Shown here piece after piece: positions 10,269 to 21,530 of a stretch of DNA of 64,000 bases. Position 1 is the stretch's first letter, and each line of letters begins with the position of its first letter. The DNA is from Savitreella phatthalungensis (lineage: Eukaryota). The notes under the pieces were generated by a model, which saw nothing but the letters and a program-made list of their open reading frames with translations, did not search any database and was not told the DNA's origin. Made by a program: the position numbers and the translations under genes. The stretch spans positions 186,001-250,000 of the forward strand of contig AP039690.1 in NCBI GenBank assembly GCA_051599415.1. The letters run 5' to 3'.

Positions 10269-12365
10269 TCACTGAAGCTCGACATAGTTTGCAGGGAACA
10301 GCCCTTCTTCTCCAGCTGAGTTCCGGCCCTGCCACCAGCCTTCATCAAGCTGCTCGATGTGAGTGATGGTATCTCCCTCAGCGAACGAAATCTCCCCTTC
10401 TTCTGCAGCATCATAGCCATACTGTGCAATCGCTGTCTGGCCAGCAGATGCAGAAGACGCAGCGTGTGCAGGCGCGGCGCCGGCTGCTGCTGTTGCTACA
10501 GGTGCAGGCGCCGGGGTAGACGCTTCTTCTCCCTCGATCAGCTCAACGTAATTGGCTGGGAAAAGACCTTCGTTGCCTGCGCTGTCGCGTCCTTGCCACC
10601 AGCCTTCATCGACTTCCTCGATATGGGTGATCAGGGCTCCATCTTGGAGTGAGAGCTCGTTGTCTTCCTGAGCCTCGTAGTCATACACCACACGCGCAGT
10701 CTTGCCTTGCCCACCAGCAGCTGTGCCAACAACAGAAGTGGACGTATTTGCGCGAGATGGCTCGGAAGGTCGGCTTGTAGCAGGCGAGGCGCCTCCTCCA
10801 AGCTGCTTCTCCAGTTGAGCTTTGAATGCGTTCTGAGGTTGAGCTGGAGTCGCTTCCGGTTCTGGCTCCTCCTCCTCTTGTGCTTCGGGTTCGGGCTCGG
10901 GCTCTGGCTCTGACTCCGGCTCAGGTTCAGGCTGAGCAGGACGTGCAGCGCTTGGACGCGTTCCCATTGGTGGCGGCGGCGGTTGTGCCCTCTCTTCTGG
11001 GGCTACTGGCTCTGTGGCTGGAGGCGGCACTGGCGCTCTCGGAGTGATGGTGGTCGCGGCTAATCGCTGCTGCACGCTCTTGATGGGTTGTGATTCGTCC
11101 GCTTCGTCATCATCTTCATCGTCGGGCTCATCGGCGCGTGCGGGCGCTGGGGCACGAGGTACAGGAGCAGGTGCTGGGGTGTCGTCGTCGTCGTCCTTGA
11201 CAGGGCCATCTGAGCCATAGACAGTCGCCTTGACTGGTGCCTCGACTGGTTGTGCGTCAGGAATGGTCTCACCACGCTCTCGAGCTTTCCGCTCTGCCCA
11301 CAGCTGCGCAGGTGTTTTGCCACCTTCAGATCCGAAGTTCTTTGACAGCCCTCCGACGGCCTTGCTCGAGCTCGTTCCAGCCGAGCCGGGGATTGAGTAT
11401 GAGAGAGGTTTTGTGCCTGCTGCTGCTGCACTTGCTCCGAAACGCGATGCGAGTGGGTTAGTCTTCTTGGCAGAAGACGGTGCTGATGTGGCCGGAGAGG
11501 AGGCGTTGGAAGACTGCTGGAATGCTATCATGCGATCCTTGAGTGACCCTGTCTCTGGTACTTGTGCAGGCTCGTAGTTTGTTCCAGAACGCTCGTTGGT
11601 GGTCTTGCTGGCAGGTCCAGAGGAGACTGTCTGGGATGCTTGTGCTCGCAGGGCTGCAATGTCTGGTGTGCCGATCGGCTGGTAGCTCGACTTGACAGGC
11701 TCGTCTACTGACCGAGCTGTTGAAGCTGGTGCGGAGGTCTTTGGTGCAGCTGGTGCCCAGTCGTCTGCTTTCTTCGCAGCGAATGTGGAAGGCTTTGTAG
11801 CTGTGTTGGCTGGCTTGGGGGCTTGTGTGCCTGCACCAGAAGGAAGTCGAGGCTCTGTCTTTGCGAGTGTGTTGCGTGACTTGAGCTGCGCGACGAGTGA
11901 ATTTGTGGTCTTTGGAGCGGTGGCTGGAGCGGCAGAACCGACTCGTGAACTTCCGCCAGAGTATTTTGCGCCGGAAGAGTCTTCGACCTTACGAAGGATA
12001 GCCTCAGGCGTGACATCTTCATCCGAGCGTGCTGTGATCTGGACATGGTAGCCTTGGAGTTGTCGAGCGATGCTGGCAAAGTGCTGCTGGAATGAGGACT
12101 TGCGTGCAGCACCTTCGCCGCAATAGCCAACGAGGACAAGCTTCGGAAGTCCGGAGGATGGGTCCTTGACTCGGAGGAATGCATACTGGATTTTGCCATC
12201 ACTGAATTCGTCCGCTAGCTCTATCAGGTCATCTCCTTGCGCTTGGACTTTGATGGCGTCTGCATCATAAGAGAAGACTGCCCATGCTGTGTCATTACCG
12301 TCCGAGGCTCTACGAATTTGATCGTAAGCTGATTGAACATCAGCGCCAATCGATAGCGCAGACAT
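10269..12365 (-). CDS. ABP1: Actin-binding protein Abp1/App1 (drebrin-like: ADF-H plus two SH3 domains)
   Basis: N-terminal ADF-H (FSDGKIQYAFLRVKDPSSGLPKLVLVGYCGEG), Pro-rich linker, two SH3 domains (DEGWWQG...GLFPANYVEL). Start ATG 12365. Confidence 0.9.
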   Translation of the reverse strand: MSALSIGADVQSAYDQIRRASDGNDTAWAVFSYDADAIKVQAQGDDLIELADEFSDGKIQYAFLRVKDPSSGLPKLVLVGYCGEGAARKSSFQQHFASIARQLQGYHVQITARSDEDVTPEAILRKVEDSSGAKYSGGSSRVGSAAPATAPKTTNSLVAQLKSRNTLAKTEPRLPSGAGTQAPKPANTATKPSTFAAKKADDWAPAAPKTSAPASTARSVDEPVKSSYQPIGTPDIAALRAQASQTVSSGPASKTTNERSGTNYEPAQVPETGSLKDRMIAFQQSSNASSPATSAPSSAKKTNPLASRFGASAAAAGTKPLSYSIPGSAGTSSSKAVGGLSKNFGSEGGKTPAQLWAERKARERGETIPDAQPVEAPVKATVYGSDGPVKDDDDDTPAPAPVPRAPAPARADEPDDEDDDEADESQPIKSVQQRLAATTITPRAPVPPPATEPVAPEERAQPPPPPMGTRPSAARPAQPEPEPESEPEPEPEPEAQEEEEPEPEATPAQPQNAFKAQLEKQLGGGASPATSRPSEPSRANTSTSVVGTAAGGQGKTARVVYDYEAQEDNELSLQDGALITHIEEVDEGWWQGRDSAGNEGLFPANYVELIEGEEASTPAPAPVATAAAGAAPAHAASSASAGQTAIAQYGYDAAEEGEISFAEGDTITHIEQLDEGWWQGRNSAGEEGLFPANYVELQ

Positions 12366-12843
12366 TCTTTTCACTTCTCCTTCTTCGTTCACTCCTTCTT
12401 CTACTTGACTAATAGTCTAGATGGAGAGATCTAGAGCTTGACTGGGGTTGCGTGGTTGTCGCTGATGTTGGTTGTGTAACCTGTATGTACGTGGGTGACG
12501 TGCTGAACATTGCATTGAGTAATGTGGGTAAGAAGAAAGAATATCTTGGCGTTGACAGTTATTGATCAAATCCAGAACCAAATCAGGATGACGACAACCG
12601 CCTTGGCGTCAACTTGACATATAGACTACGCTACTCATAGATGGACATGTACGTCGTCACAGGTAAGGAAAAGGTTGCAGACAAGGTAGTGTGGATGCTG
12701 TGTTGCCCGAATGCTCATTACTATTAGTCGAAGCCTTTCGCCGTGTCCGAGTCTCTGTGACAGGTTTGAAAGTATTCTTTTGTTGAAGTGAAAAGGTGTG
12801 TCAACGTCTACCGACTCGCTCGCGCCGGCTTGCTCTTACTGAC

Positions 12844-13998
12844 TTACCGAGCGAGTTCGCCAGCGACGTCGAGGAAGCTCTCGAAGTCGATAGAGATGAC
12901 ACCGTCTAGATCGGTGTCGAATCTCTTGAAGAGGTCGGTTGTGAGTTTGAGATGTGCTGCTGAGCGGATGAACCCTTGGAAGTCGCATTCCTTGACCGCC
13001 TGGACGTCCTGCTTTCTGAAAAGTCCTTGAAGGTAGCGCGGAGAGAGTCGATAGCCCATCGCTGTGATGGCTGATGCAAACTCGTGCGGACCTAGGACGC
13101 CGGTGGTAAAGGAGGCTGACTGTTGGACGGCTAGGGACGAAGAGGATGCTTGGCTTGAGGGGTTCTGCGCGAATGAGGTGAAGGTGGACTGCCAGTCGCC
13201 TAGGTGTCGGTATAGTCTGCGGAACCCATCGACGCCGAGTTTCCCATCCCGCCTGTACTGTGTGGCTCCTGGCCCGCCGCCGGAATCATCATCATCAAAA
13301 GCTCGACATAGAACACTACACGTCTCTCCATCTAAACGCCACTCCCGCAACGCGACGGCAGAAAGCTCACGCGGTGTGATCCGACCTGATCCATCCGAAT
13401 CAGACGCCGCGAATAAATCTGCTAGTGGGTCTGCGGCTGACGTCTGTCGTTGCATGCTGGCATGGTGCTGCTGCTGCTGCTGCTGTGACGGAGGTATCGG
13501 CGATGATGCGTGACGGGAGCCAGTGGGCATGGGACGCTGCTCGAATGGTGAAGTCGCTGGTACAGGGCTCATTCTCTGCAAATTACCTGGTTGCCTGCGT
13601 ATATCTCCTACACCGCCATCGTACGACCGCCGCTGATTCTGGATCAGCTGCTGCTGGTGTGATTGCTGTTGATGATAGTATCCTTGTGGATAGTGGCCTG
13701 TGGATGAGGATGAGCGCTGCTGTGCTGGAGGCTGTGAATAGTGCTGCTGCTGCTGTTGCTGCCGTGGCTGTAGCTGCTGTTGCTGTTGTTGATGATACTG
13801 ACGCTGCTGAGCTTGTGCTGCAGCCTGCGCTTGCGCTTGAGCATGTGCACGCGCTTGCGCTTGTGCTTGCGCTTGTGCCTGCGCTTGCCGTTGCGCCGGC
13901 GTCAACGACTGCTGGACGCGCATCGTCTCGTAATCCCTGGGCGATGGAAATGCCGGCAGATCGCCTCCTCTTGGCGGTGCAGCCTTGGACTTTGCCAT
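12844..13998 (-). CDS. Penta-EF-hand (peflin/Pef1-like) calcium-binding protein with Q/A-rich N-terminus
   Basis: EF-hand loops DSDGSGRITPRE and DTDLDGVISIDFE, plus AITAMGYRLSP typical of the PEF family. Low-complexity QA/Q N-terminus. Confidence 0.75.
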   Translation of the reverse strand: MAKSKAAPPRGGDLPAFPSPRDYETMRVQQSLTPAQRQAQAQAQAQAQARAHAQAQAQAAAQAQQRQYHQQQQQQLQPRQQQQQQHYSQPPAQQRSSSSTGHYPQGYYHQQQSHQQQLIQNQRRSYDGGVGDIRRQPGNLQRMSPVPATSPFEQRPMPTGSRHASSPIPPSQQQQQQHHASMQRQTSAADPLADLFAASDSDGSGRITPRELSAVALREWRLDGETCSVLCRAFDDDDSGGGPGATQYRRDGKLGVDGFRRLYRHLGDWQSTFTSFAQNPSSQASSSSLAVQQSASFTTGVLGPHEFASAITAMGYRLSPRYLQGLFRKQDVQAVKECDFQGFIRSAAHLKLTTDLFKRFDTDLDGVISIDFESFLDVAGELAR

Positions 13999-14287
13999 GA
14001 CTACGATGCGCTAGATCCGATGCTGACCTGGTGGGCTGTTGTGATACGTTGCTCAATTGAGCTCTTGAAAGGTATGGGTTGCCGGATTTTATCCAGTCCG
14101 ACGTCATGTACATATACAAAGGTTAATTAAGATTAAATTGTATGCAGATCTGCGGAGAACGACCTTCAGCAGCGCGCATGTCGAGCGTGCGGTAGTCAAC
14201 AAAACGTTCGAAGCCTGCTACTACCTGTTCGCCGCCCGGCACAAGTCTACATCCTTGGAACTTTGACATTCTCTGAAGGTATTTGGC

Positions 14288-14639
14288 ATGTCCTGTGAAT
14301 TGGTCTTCACAGTGCCGAGATCTTACCTGGATCGATGCCGTAGAGCAGTGTTTGACGCTGGAGTTGGGGTGGTAGTTGAGTACAAGGAACGCAGCTTTGT
14401 GATGGCTGGCCAGGAATACTTTCTGTAAGTTGGCAGACAGTTGGCATTGCCAGTTGGCGTAGTGGGGTGAGCATGGTGCTGACTAGTGGCTAGACCAAGC
14501 ATGGGGAGCGAGCTGAAGAAGTGCGCGTCGAGATCTCGATCCTGCAATCCGCGCTAGCGGACGCTGTGACAGCACTGTGCAAAGCGCAGCCCATGAGACG
14601 CCTGCAATCGACGTATACACATTGCTGTCGCTGTCGTAG
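14288..14639 (+). pseudogene. Frameshifted YqfO/NIF3-insert-like (PII/GlnB-like fold) small protein gene with one intron
   Basis: Exon 1 (14288-14424) reads MSCELVFTVPRSYLDRCRRAVFDAGVG...SFVMAGQEYF. Intron 14425-14493 is GTAAGT..GCTGAC..TAG. Downstream EEVRVEI...AVTALCKAQP and HETPAIDVY lie in incompatible frames. Confidence 0.65.
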
Positions 14640-14672
14640 TGCGTCCGAGTAGGAAATTTTTGAAGGGATCAA

Positions 14673-15539
14673 TTATTCGTGGCCACCGGTGTAGACACTA
14701 GGTCGCTCGCTCTCGGTTGAGTTTCTGGCGGATCCTGGAGCAAGTGCACGAACTGAGCAGTTGGTGTCGAGACTGCGTCGCCTGCGCGGACCCTTTGATG
14801 AGGAAGCCAAGGTGAGCGTACTCGCATTGTCAGCCGCGCCGAAACTCCCGCCGCCACTTACACCGCCTCCCAGTATGCCCATCCGGCCTGACAGAATGCT
14901 CGCAGGTCCGTTCGCACCTGTGCTGCCAGCGAGATGTGTTGTCGGCTGCGTCTCTGCCGTGCGCGTGGTGAAGATGCTTGGAATCGGCGACTCCTTCGAC
15001 GATCGCACGGACGGCGGGGAGGTCGGCGTCGTGTGGATGATCGGCGCGGTACCTGTCGTTTCTGCTGTTGTGGCTGTATTGAGTGGTGGTTCGATGTCAG
15101 GATCGTCATGCCGGTGCGAGGTTGCGATGGCTGGAGGAGTTGGGAATCGAGGTGCCTGTGCTGCACGCGGCGTCTGTGCTGCCGATGTGATGTCTGTTGC
15201 GGTCAGATCTCCTTCAATCTCGTGCTCTTCGTCGAGTGCGCTATCATTGCCAGCTGCTACGTCGACATCCAAGACTGCTTGGTTGGAGGCGATGGATGGC
15301 ACACGTGTGCTGATGGTAGGTCTGAGTGAGGATGTCTCTGGCGGAAGTGAAGCTGCATCCTCCCGAATGCCTAGTACTGGTATGTCATGAGAGGCTGAGT
15401 GTTGTGGAACTGTGAGGCTTGCGCCATCAGCTGAATCGCTTTCTTTGGGTCGCCTGTACAAACGTTGTAGCCAAGAGAATGGCTTTCTCTGTTGTTGTTG
15501 GGATCCAGGTGATCTTCTGACTCCTGCGACTTCTGCCAT
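14673..15539 (-). CDS. Uncharacterised Ser/Thr/Pro-rich fungal protein
   Basis: 288-aa ORF from ATG 15539. Mostly disordered, with a motif-like C-terminal block DNASTLTLASSSKGPRRRRSLDTNCSVRALAP. Confidence 0.7.
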   Translation of the reverse strand: MAEVAGVRRSPGSQQQQRKPFSWLQRLYRRPKESDSADGASLTVPQHSASHDIPVLGIREDAASLPPETSSLRPTISTRVPSIASNQAVLDVDVAAGNDSALDEEHEIEGDLTATDITSAAQTPRAAQAPRFPTPPAIATSHRHDDPDIEPPLNTATTAETTGTAPIIHTTPTSPPSVRSSKESPIPSIFTTRTAETQPTTHLAGSTGANGPASILSGRMGILGGGVSGGGSFGAADNASTLTLASSSKGPRRRRSLDTNCSVRALAPGSARNSTESERPSVYTGGHE

Positions 15540-16070
15540 GGAATTGTCGACGAAGTAGACAACAGCTTGTTTGAGGTGGTGCAATGGGAGAAAGTAGAGA
15601 GTCCTGACTTGACTTGCAGAGGCGGATCTGAGAAGGACTAAGGTTGACAGCTGGTATGTCTCCTTGTACTAGGGTTACGTGCGAGTCTATATGTTTTTGT
15701 GGAAGGGAGACAGAGAGTAGTTCTAGTAGATCACCTAGGCTGCAAATGTAGAGTGAGGATGATCAATCGACTGATCTGATTGACAACATATTCATTTGAT
15801 CAATCATCATCAAAATCACTTCGGAAGCTTCTTACTCGATGTACCACCGCACTATAGCTCCGTCCACGAGCATAGTTACAGTCATACACACATTGGTTCG
15901 GAGCTAGTCGCTACTGCTGCTCTTGCTGCTGTAACTAGTTAGGGCGTTTCAGCAGAGTGTGGATTGTAGATGATGGGCAGGTATGGTCATTTGCATCAGA
16001 CGATCACGTCACTGGACTATCATCATAACAAGTCATGTCATGTCATTCTATAGCGCGTCAGACCGTGAGT

Positions 16071-16346
16071 CTATAGTTGTTGTGCTGATTTAATCTCTCT
16101 GCCGGTATTGGCGATACGCTGCTGGACTTGATCGATCGACAGCGTGGCCTGGTCATCGACGGTGACGGTGACTGTCTGTTGCTCTAGGGAGATATCGTGT
16201 CCGGAGACGCCGGATGTGCGCGAGAGTACTTTGGAGATGGCGTTGCTACAGGCGCCGCACGCCATATCGCTGTGAGATCAGTGGGCTGAGCGAGGGCAGG
16301 TCTGGTAAGGCGCTACTTACACATTGTATCTGTACGTGGCCGGCAT
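16071..16346 (-). CDS. ATX1: Copper chaperone Atx1 (HMA domain), 2 exons, 74 aa
   Basis: Exon 1 16346-16321 (MPATYRYNV), 51-nt intron 16320-16270 (GTAAGT..CTGAT..CACAG), exon 2 16269-16071 giving the DMACGAC MxCxxC motif. Confidence 0.9.
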
Positions 16347-16639
16347 ACTGTAGTAGTGTAGCGAAGCCTTTGAGTCGGACTTTACGACAACTGTGGACGC
16401 TGCTACGATGTCCCTTGGTGTATATATGCAGAGAGCGAGCTGCTAGTGCTGCTTTAGTACTGCTGCTGCTCAGTCTGTGTGAGAAGTGTAGCAAATGAGT
16501 TGTACTCCCAGTGTGTGTACTCCCAGTGTGTACACTCCGTGTGTGTGTGCTTGCAGACTGAGTGTTGTGACAGTGGATGTGTATGAAGTTCAGATCTAGG
16601 GTATCATATTCCGTAAATTCCCATCAGCGAGATATCTGC

Positions 16640-16733
16640 GCCACTTTAGTTCAGTGGTTTAGAATTTCTCACTCGTAATTTTCTGCGGAGATACGATATG
16701 AGGAGGTCGTCGGTTCGATTCCGGCAAGTGGCT
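16640..16733 (+). tRNA. tRNA-Thr(CGT) with ~20-nt intron
   Basis: Acceptor GCCACTT/AAGTGGC, D-arm GTTCAGTGGTTTAGAAT, anticodon CGT at 16674-16676, intron ~16678-16697 (contains TACGA complementary to the anticodon loop), T-arm GTCGG-TTCGATT-CCGGC. Confidence 0.92.
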
Positions 16734-16737
16734 CTCG

Positions 16738-16747
16738 TTTTTTTTTT
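16738..16747 (+). terminator. RNA polymerase III oligo-T terminator
   Basis: T10 run 4 nt after the tRNA 3' end. Confidence 0.8.
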
Positions 16748-16839
16748 CTCCCTTTTGCCTCATAAGGGAAGAAGTCTGCAATGACTCGGTGAGGATTGTC
16801 TTCATGGTCATTGGATTCGTTTCCTACTCGTTCGTATCT

Positions 16840-17068
16840 TTACTTGCGAGCTTCATGCTCGCTTCTACTCGTACTGGTCCCTACGACATCCTGGTTCTCT
16901 ACTACCAGCGGATCTCGTGCACCTCCACCAGCTCCACCTCCAGCTCGCTCACCGTATCCGTCAAACATCCCTGAACGGGAGAGCTCTCCGTGTGCCTTGA
17001 ACAATGCGTTTGCGAGAATCCTGGCATGATCCATGACTGACAAGGACGTCTTGGACGTACCGTTCGTT

Positions 17069-17106
<38 letters not shown>

Positions 17107-19119
17107 CTGGTGCTGGTGGTTGTTGGCTTGGTGTTGGAGTGCTGGTGTGTGAGTGGATGGTGGTGGGATGTCGAATTTGCCTAGGACGGGCGCTGCTCCT
17201 TGGGTGCTGGCGGCTGTTGTCGAGGCAGGAGCAGGTGCTGCTGACAGGCTGGTCGATTTCGCGCGGGCGGCATCTAGACGAGCGCGAGCGAGCGCCTGCG
17301 CCTGCTCCACCGCAAGCGCTTTTGCTCGAGCTTTGGCAGCGGCAATACCAGATCCATTCGTCGAGCCTTTCGGTCTGCCTGGTCCAGGTCGCCTTGCTGG
17401 AGTGGAAGCCGCAGTTGGCACATTAACAGCTGCTGCTTTTGCTGCTGCTGCTGCTGCTGGTGGTTGCCCTGCCTTGTTGCCTGTACCATTTGCTTTTGTG
17501 CTGGTAAGGGTTGTGGAGGAAGGAGGATGAGATACGTTGCTCAGCGAGGGTAACTGATAGGCAGGCTTCTGAGGAAGCGCCGCAGCATAGCCAGTCGCAG
17601 TCCTTGCCGCTTCCTGCTGTGCTCTCACCTTGGTCGAATTCTTGTTCATGCTGCCTACCGGACGACCACGCTTCTTTTTTTGATGCTGTAAATTCGTAGG
17701 CTGCAGCGGATCGTGCTGGTCCTCGGATGTCCGGCTTTGAGTGGGGAGCTGATGCTGCAGCTGTTGCTGCGATTGCAAGGGAGGGTGAGCGCTTGGATTT
17801 GTTTGCGTGGAGATGGGCACGCGCGAACCTGTCGACTTGTTTGTGGAGCTCAGGGCTTTTGCCTGACGAGCGTGCAGAGCGGCGTTCGAGCTGCTCGTGG
17901 CGACCATGGACTGCAGCTGAGCCTGGACGCTTGCGAATGTGGGCGGCATGAGTGGCATGCCCGCCGTGAAACTCGCTGACTTGGGCATCGCCCCGCCTGT
18001 CGTTGGTAGCATGTCTGCGAATGTCGGCGGGGAGCTGCGCATGAGCGCCGCATGGTCGGCTGCATTGCGCGGGGGCGATGATGCCGGGTTGCCCATCAGC
18101 ACGCGGCGTCGCTTTGTTCTGCCGGCCTGCGCAGAATTGGCAGGCGAGGTCATGGGTGCTCGTTGTAAATCAGAGGGCTCACGCTTGAGCATGGAGGTGG
18201 AGTCGTCCATGGACGCTCGTCGGCCCTTCCGAGCTGCTGCGCTGCCGGACGAGGCGAGGCCACCAGCCATTGAATTGGTGGACGATGCGTCTTTGCCATA
18301 GTTCGCATTGGTCGCGCGGGCGGCGACGAGCTTGAGGAACTCTGCCTTGCGTGCACTGTACTCTGCTTTCGATAACGTCGCGTCCCATCCACTGCACTCG
18401 ATCCCGAGCCGCGCGCACGAGGAGCACGTCGGCTGCACTTCGTCGCACTTGACTTTGCGAAACTTGCAATTGACGCAGCCTGTCTTGGTCCGCTTGAAGG
18501 ATGTCTTCTGTCGCGCAGAGGACTGCGAACCATTTGTTCCCATTACAGGCGCAGGTCCGTGGCCAGAGGATGAGCCGTTGTCGCTGCCGGTGCCAGGGGT
18601 TGTCGATCGTCCGAGACTCGCAGCTAGACTGACGGAGCTTGAGAAGGCAGAGTTGAGTGCGGCGCCGGGTGTTGTGCTGGCGTATGCTGCAAGGAAGTCC
18701 GGAGTTTCAGGCGCCGGAGAACCCGTTTGTGCGGTAGCGCGCAGAAGCGCCTCAATCTGCTGGAGTTCTTCGGTCGTCGCGGCGACCGCGCCTTCGGCCT
18801 TGACTTCCGGTAGGAGCGCTTCTAATCCAGGCATCAGCGCCTCGAGCGCTGGGTCTATCACGCCGCAGATGGGCATCTTGCTTGGTGAGTACTTGCGCGG
18901 CGATATCCTTACTTTGTTGCCATGTGTCCGGGCCGTCAGTGGCTTGGATGGTGTTCGCGATGACGGTGTCTTCGACGGAGCTGTTGTGCAGGATGTTGTA
19001 TGTGCTTGTGTGTCGCCTTGTCGGCCACTTGATTGACCTTGATCTGGAGGTCGCGCGTCATGGACGCCTGGAGGCGCGCTAGACATGGCGCCTGAAGTAT
19101 TGCTTGGAGCTTGACTCAT
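16840..19119 (-). CDS. Zn(II)2Cys6 transcription factor with AT-hook motifs
   Basis: RTKTGCVNCKFRKVKCDEVQPTCSSCARLGIEC cluster. AT-hooks KKRGRPVGS and PGRPKGS. PolyQ/polyA tracts. Confidence 0.85.
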
Positions 19120-19534
19120 GTTGTGACCATGACCATAGACGCGTCAGCTCTTCATTCAATCTTAGCTCCAGCCAAGGACGCTGATTCCGGACGAGATATA
19201 AAGGCTTGAGCTCGGACTCTCTGAGATTCCGTGGTCAAGATTTTAGACGCGTTTCTGTCTGTGTATCTAATTTGGCTTTACTCCAAAACACGCATCAAAA
19301 CGCATCATCACTCATCGATCACGAGACCACGAGCACGAGGACGCGCACGAGCAAGAGCAAGAGCTGCGTTTTTACCTCCTAAGATCAACGCATGGTCCTA
19401 AAGGATGGACGTTGATCACGATGACAAGGACAAGAAGTAACGTAAATGATAACAGTTTTTATTCTGGTCTCTCAGAGTTTAGTGCTGTCTAGGTGGAGTG
19501 TGTGTGCATCGTCAGCCCTACTCTTTTTGTGAGC

Positions 19535-21202
19535 TTAGAAGGACGAGATGAAGTCTGTAGCGACCTGGCGGAGCTTAGACTCGGAGTCCTTGGACAGCTG
19601 TCCCTCCTTGCTGATGGTGTCGATGAGGGCAGACTCGTTGGAGCTGAGGTGGGCAAGGAACTTGCGCTCGAACTCTCCGATACGGTCGAGGGCGATCTTG
19701 TCAAGCAGACCGTTAACACCGCAGAAGATGAGAGGCACCTGCTGCTCGACAGTCATGGGCGAGTACTGGGGCTGCTTGAGGAGCTCAGTCAGACGCTCAC
19801 CACGGGCGAGGGTGGCCTTGGTTCCGGCGTCAAGGTCGGAACCGAACTGGGCGAAGGAAGCGACCTCACGGTACTGAGCCAAGAAGAGCTTGAGGGAACC
19901 GGCGACCTGCTTCATGGTCTTGACCTGAGCGGCAGAGCCGACACGGGAGACGGAAAGACCGACGTTGATGGCCGGGCGGATACCCTTGAAGAAGAGTTCG
20001 GCCTCGAGGAAGATCTGTCCGTCGGTGATGGAAATGACGTTGGTTGGAATGTAAGCAGACACGTCACCACCCTGTGTCTCGATGACAGGCAGAGCAGTGA
20101 GAGAACCTCCACCCTGAGTGTCGTTCATCTTAGCTGCGCGCTCGAGCAGACGGGAGTGGAGGTAGAAGACATCTCCGGGGTAAGCCTCACGACCGGGCGG
20201 GCGACGGAGGAGGAGGGACATCTGACGGTAGGCGACGGCCTGCTTGGACAAGTCGTCGTAGATCATGAGGGCGTGGCGGCCGTTGTCACGGAACCACTCT
20301 CCCATGGCACAGGCAGAGAAAGGAGCGATGTACTGGAGTGGTGCAGCCTCGGAAGCGGTAGCTGCGACGATGATGGAGTACTTCAGGGCATCGTTCTCCT
20401 CAAGTGTCTGGACGAGCTGGGCGACGGTGGACCGCTTCTGTCCGATGGCGACGTAGACACAGTAGAGCTTCTTCTTCTCGTCGGAGGTGTTGTTGATGGC
20501 CTTCTGGTTGAGGATGGTGTCGAGGGCGACGGCGGTCTTGCCGGTCTGACGGTCACCGATGATGAGCTCACGCTGTCCACGTCCGATAGGCACCATAGCA
20601 TCGACGGCCTTGAGACCAGTCTGCATGGGCTCGTTCACGGAGCGACGGGGAAGAATTCCGGGAGCCTTGAGCTGGGCACGGCGGCGCTCGTCTGACTTGA
20701 TAGGACCCTTTCCATCGATCGGGTTGCCGAGAGCGTCGACGACACGTCCGAGCAGGCCGAGACCGACTGGGACGTCGACAATCTGACCGGTACGCTTGAC
20801 AGTCTCACCTTCCTTGACGAGACGATCGTTACCGAAAAGGACGACACCGACGACGGAAGGCTCGAGGTTGAGAGCCATTCCCTTGACACCGGATGCGAAC
20901 TCGACAAGCTCCTCAGCCTGGACATTTGAGAGGCCGTGGACACGAGCGATACCGTCACCGACAGTGAGGACACGGCCAGTCTCTGCAAGGTCTGCAGCAA
21001 AGTCGGATCCCTTGATACGCTCCTCGAGGATGGATGAGACCTCGGTTGGCTGGGCACGAGCCTCTGCGTAGTTACGACGCTGGTTTGCAGCGGAGAAGGC
21101 GACGGCGGAGTTGCGTGATGCGGAGGCAACGGCAGCCGAACGCCTTGAGACGTTACGGGCTGCCTGCCTGGCGAGGTTGCCACGGAGGACAGAGAGGACC
21201 AT
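19535..21202 (-). CDS. ATP1: Mitochondrial F1 ATP synthase alpha subunit
   Basis: Presequence, GDGIARV, Walker [31 protein letters not shown]. Intronless. Confidence 0.99.
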   Translation of the reverse strand: MVLSVLRGNLARQAARNVSRRSAAVASASRNSAVAFSAANQRRNYAEARAQPTEVSSILEERIKGSDFAADLAETGRVLTVGDGIARVHGLSNVQAEELVEFASGVKGMALNLEPSVVGVVLFGNDRLVKEGETVKRTGQIVDVPVGLGLLGRVVDALGNPIDGKGPIKSDERRRAQLKAPGILPRRSVNEPMQTGLKAVDAMVPIGRGQRELIIGDRQTGKTAVALDTILNQKAINNTSDEKKKLYCVYVAIGQKRSTVAQLVQTLEENDALKYSIIVAATASEAAPLQYIAPFSACAMGEWFRDNGRHALMIYDDLSKQAVAYRQMSLLLRRPPGREAYPGDVFYLHSRLLERAAKMNDTQGGGSLTALPVIETQGGDVSAYIPTNVISITDGQIFLEAELFFKGIRPAINVGLSVSRVGSAAQVKTMKQVAGSLKLFLAQYREVASFAQFGSDLDAGTKATLARGERLTELLKQPQYSPMTVEQQVPLIFCGVNGLLDKIALDRIGEFERKFLAHLSSNESALIDTISKEGQLSKDSESKLRQVATDFISSF

Positions 21203-21479
21203 GGTTGTGTGGAAGACTTTGGTAAAAAGACTTGTAAAGAACTTGAAAGAGCAAGTTCGAGGATCTTGATGACTACTGGTGATTGGGGTGAGTGGATGGG
21301 AGGACGAGCAGTAGGAATGAGCGTGACACGGTGAGTGTGAGCTAGGGATTGACCAGGGTCGTAACCCAGAGAGTGAGGAAGTGACTACCTGGAGGAGGAT
21401 ACGCCGTGCTCCGGTCTGTCGCTCGCTCGCTGGTTCGTTCGATCGATCGCTCCGTTGGTGGAAGTGTTCGCTGGTTGCC

Positions 21480-21530
21480 TGTGTGTGTGTGTGCGTGTCT
21501 GCCTGCCTGCCTGCCTACCTGCCTGCCTGG
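21480..21530. repeat. (TG)n followed by (GCCT)n microsatellites upstream of ATP1
   Basis: tgtgtgtgtgtgtg...ctgcctgcctgcctgcctacctgcctgcc. Confidence 0.8.

Noticed and set aside
13425..14130. Several overlapping A/V/L/C-rich ORFs
   Set aside because: Alternative-frame and antisense readings of the polyQ/QA repeats in the penta-EF-hand gene.
19493..20695. 400-aa + strand ORF antisense to ATP1
   Set aside because: Shadow ORF produced by strong codon bias of a highly expressed gene. It starts at GTG and has no recognisable motifs.
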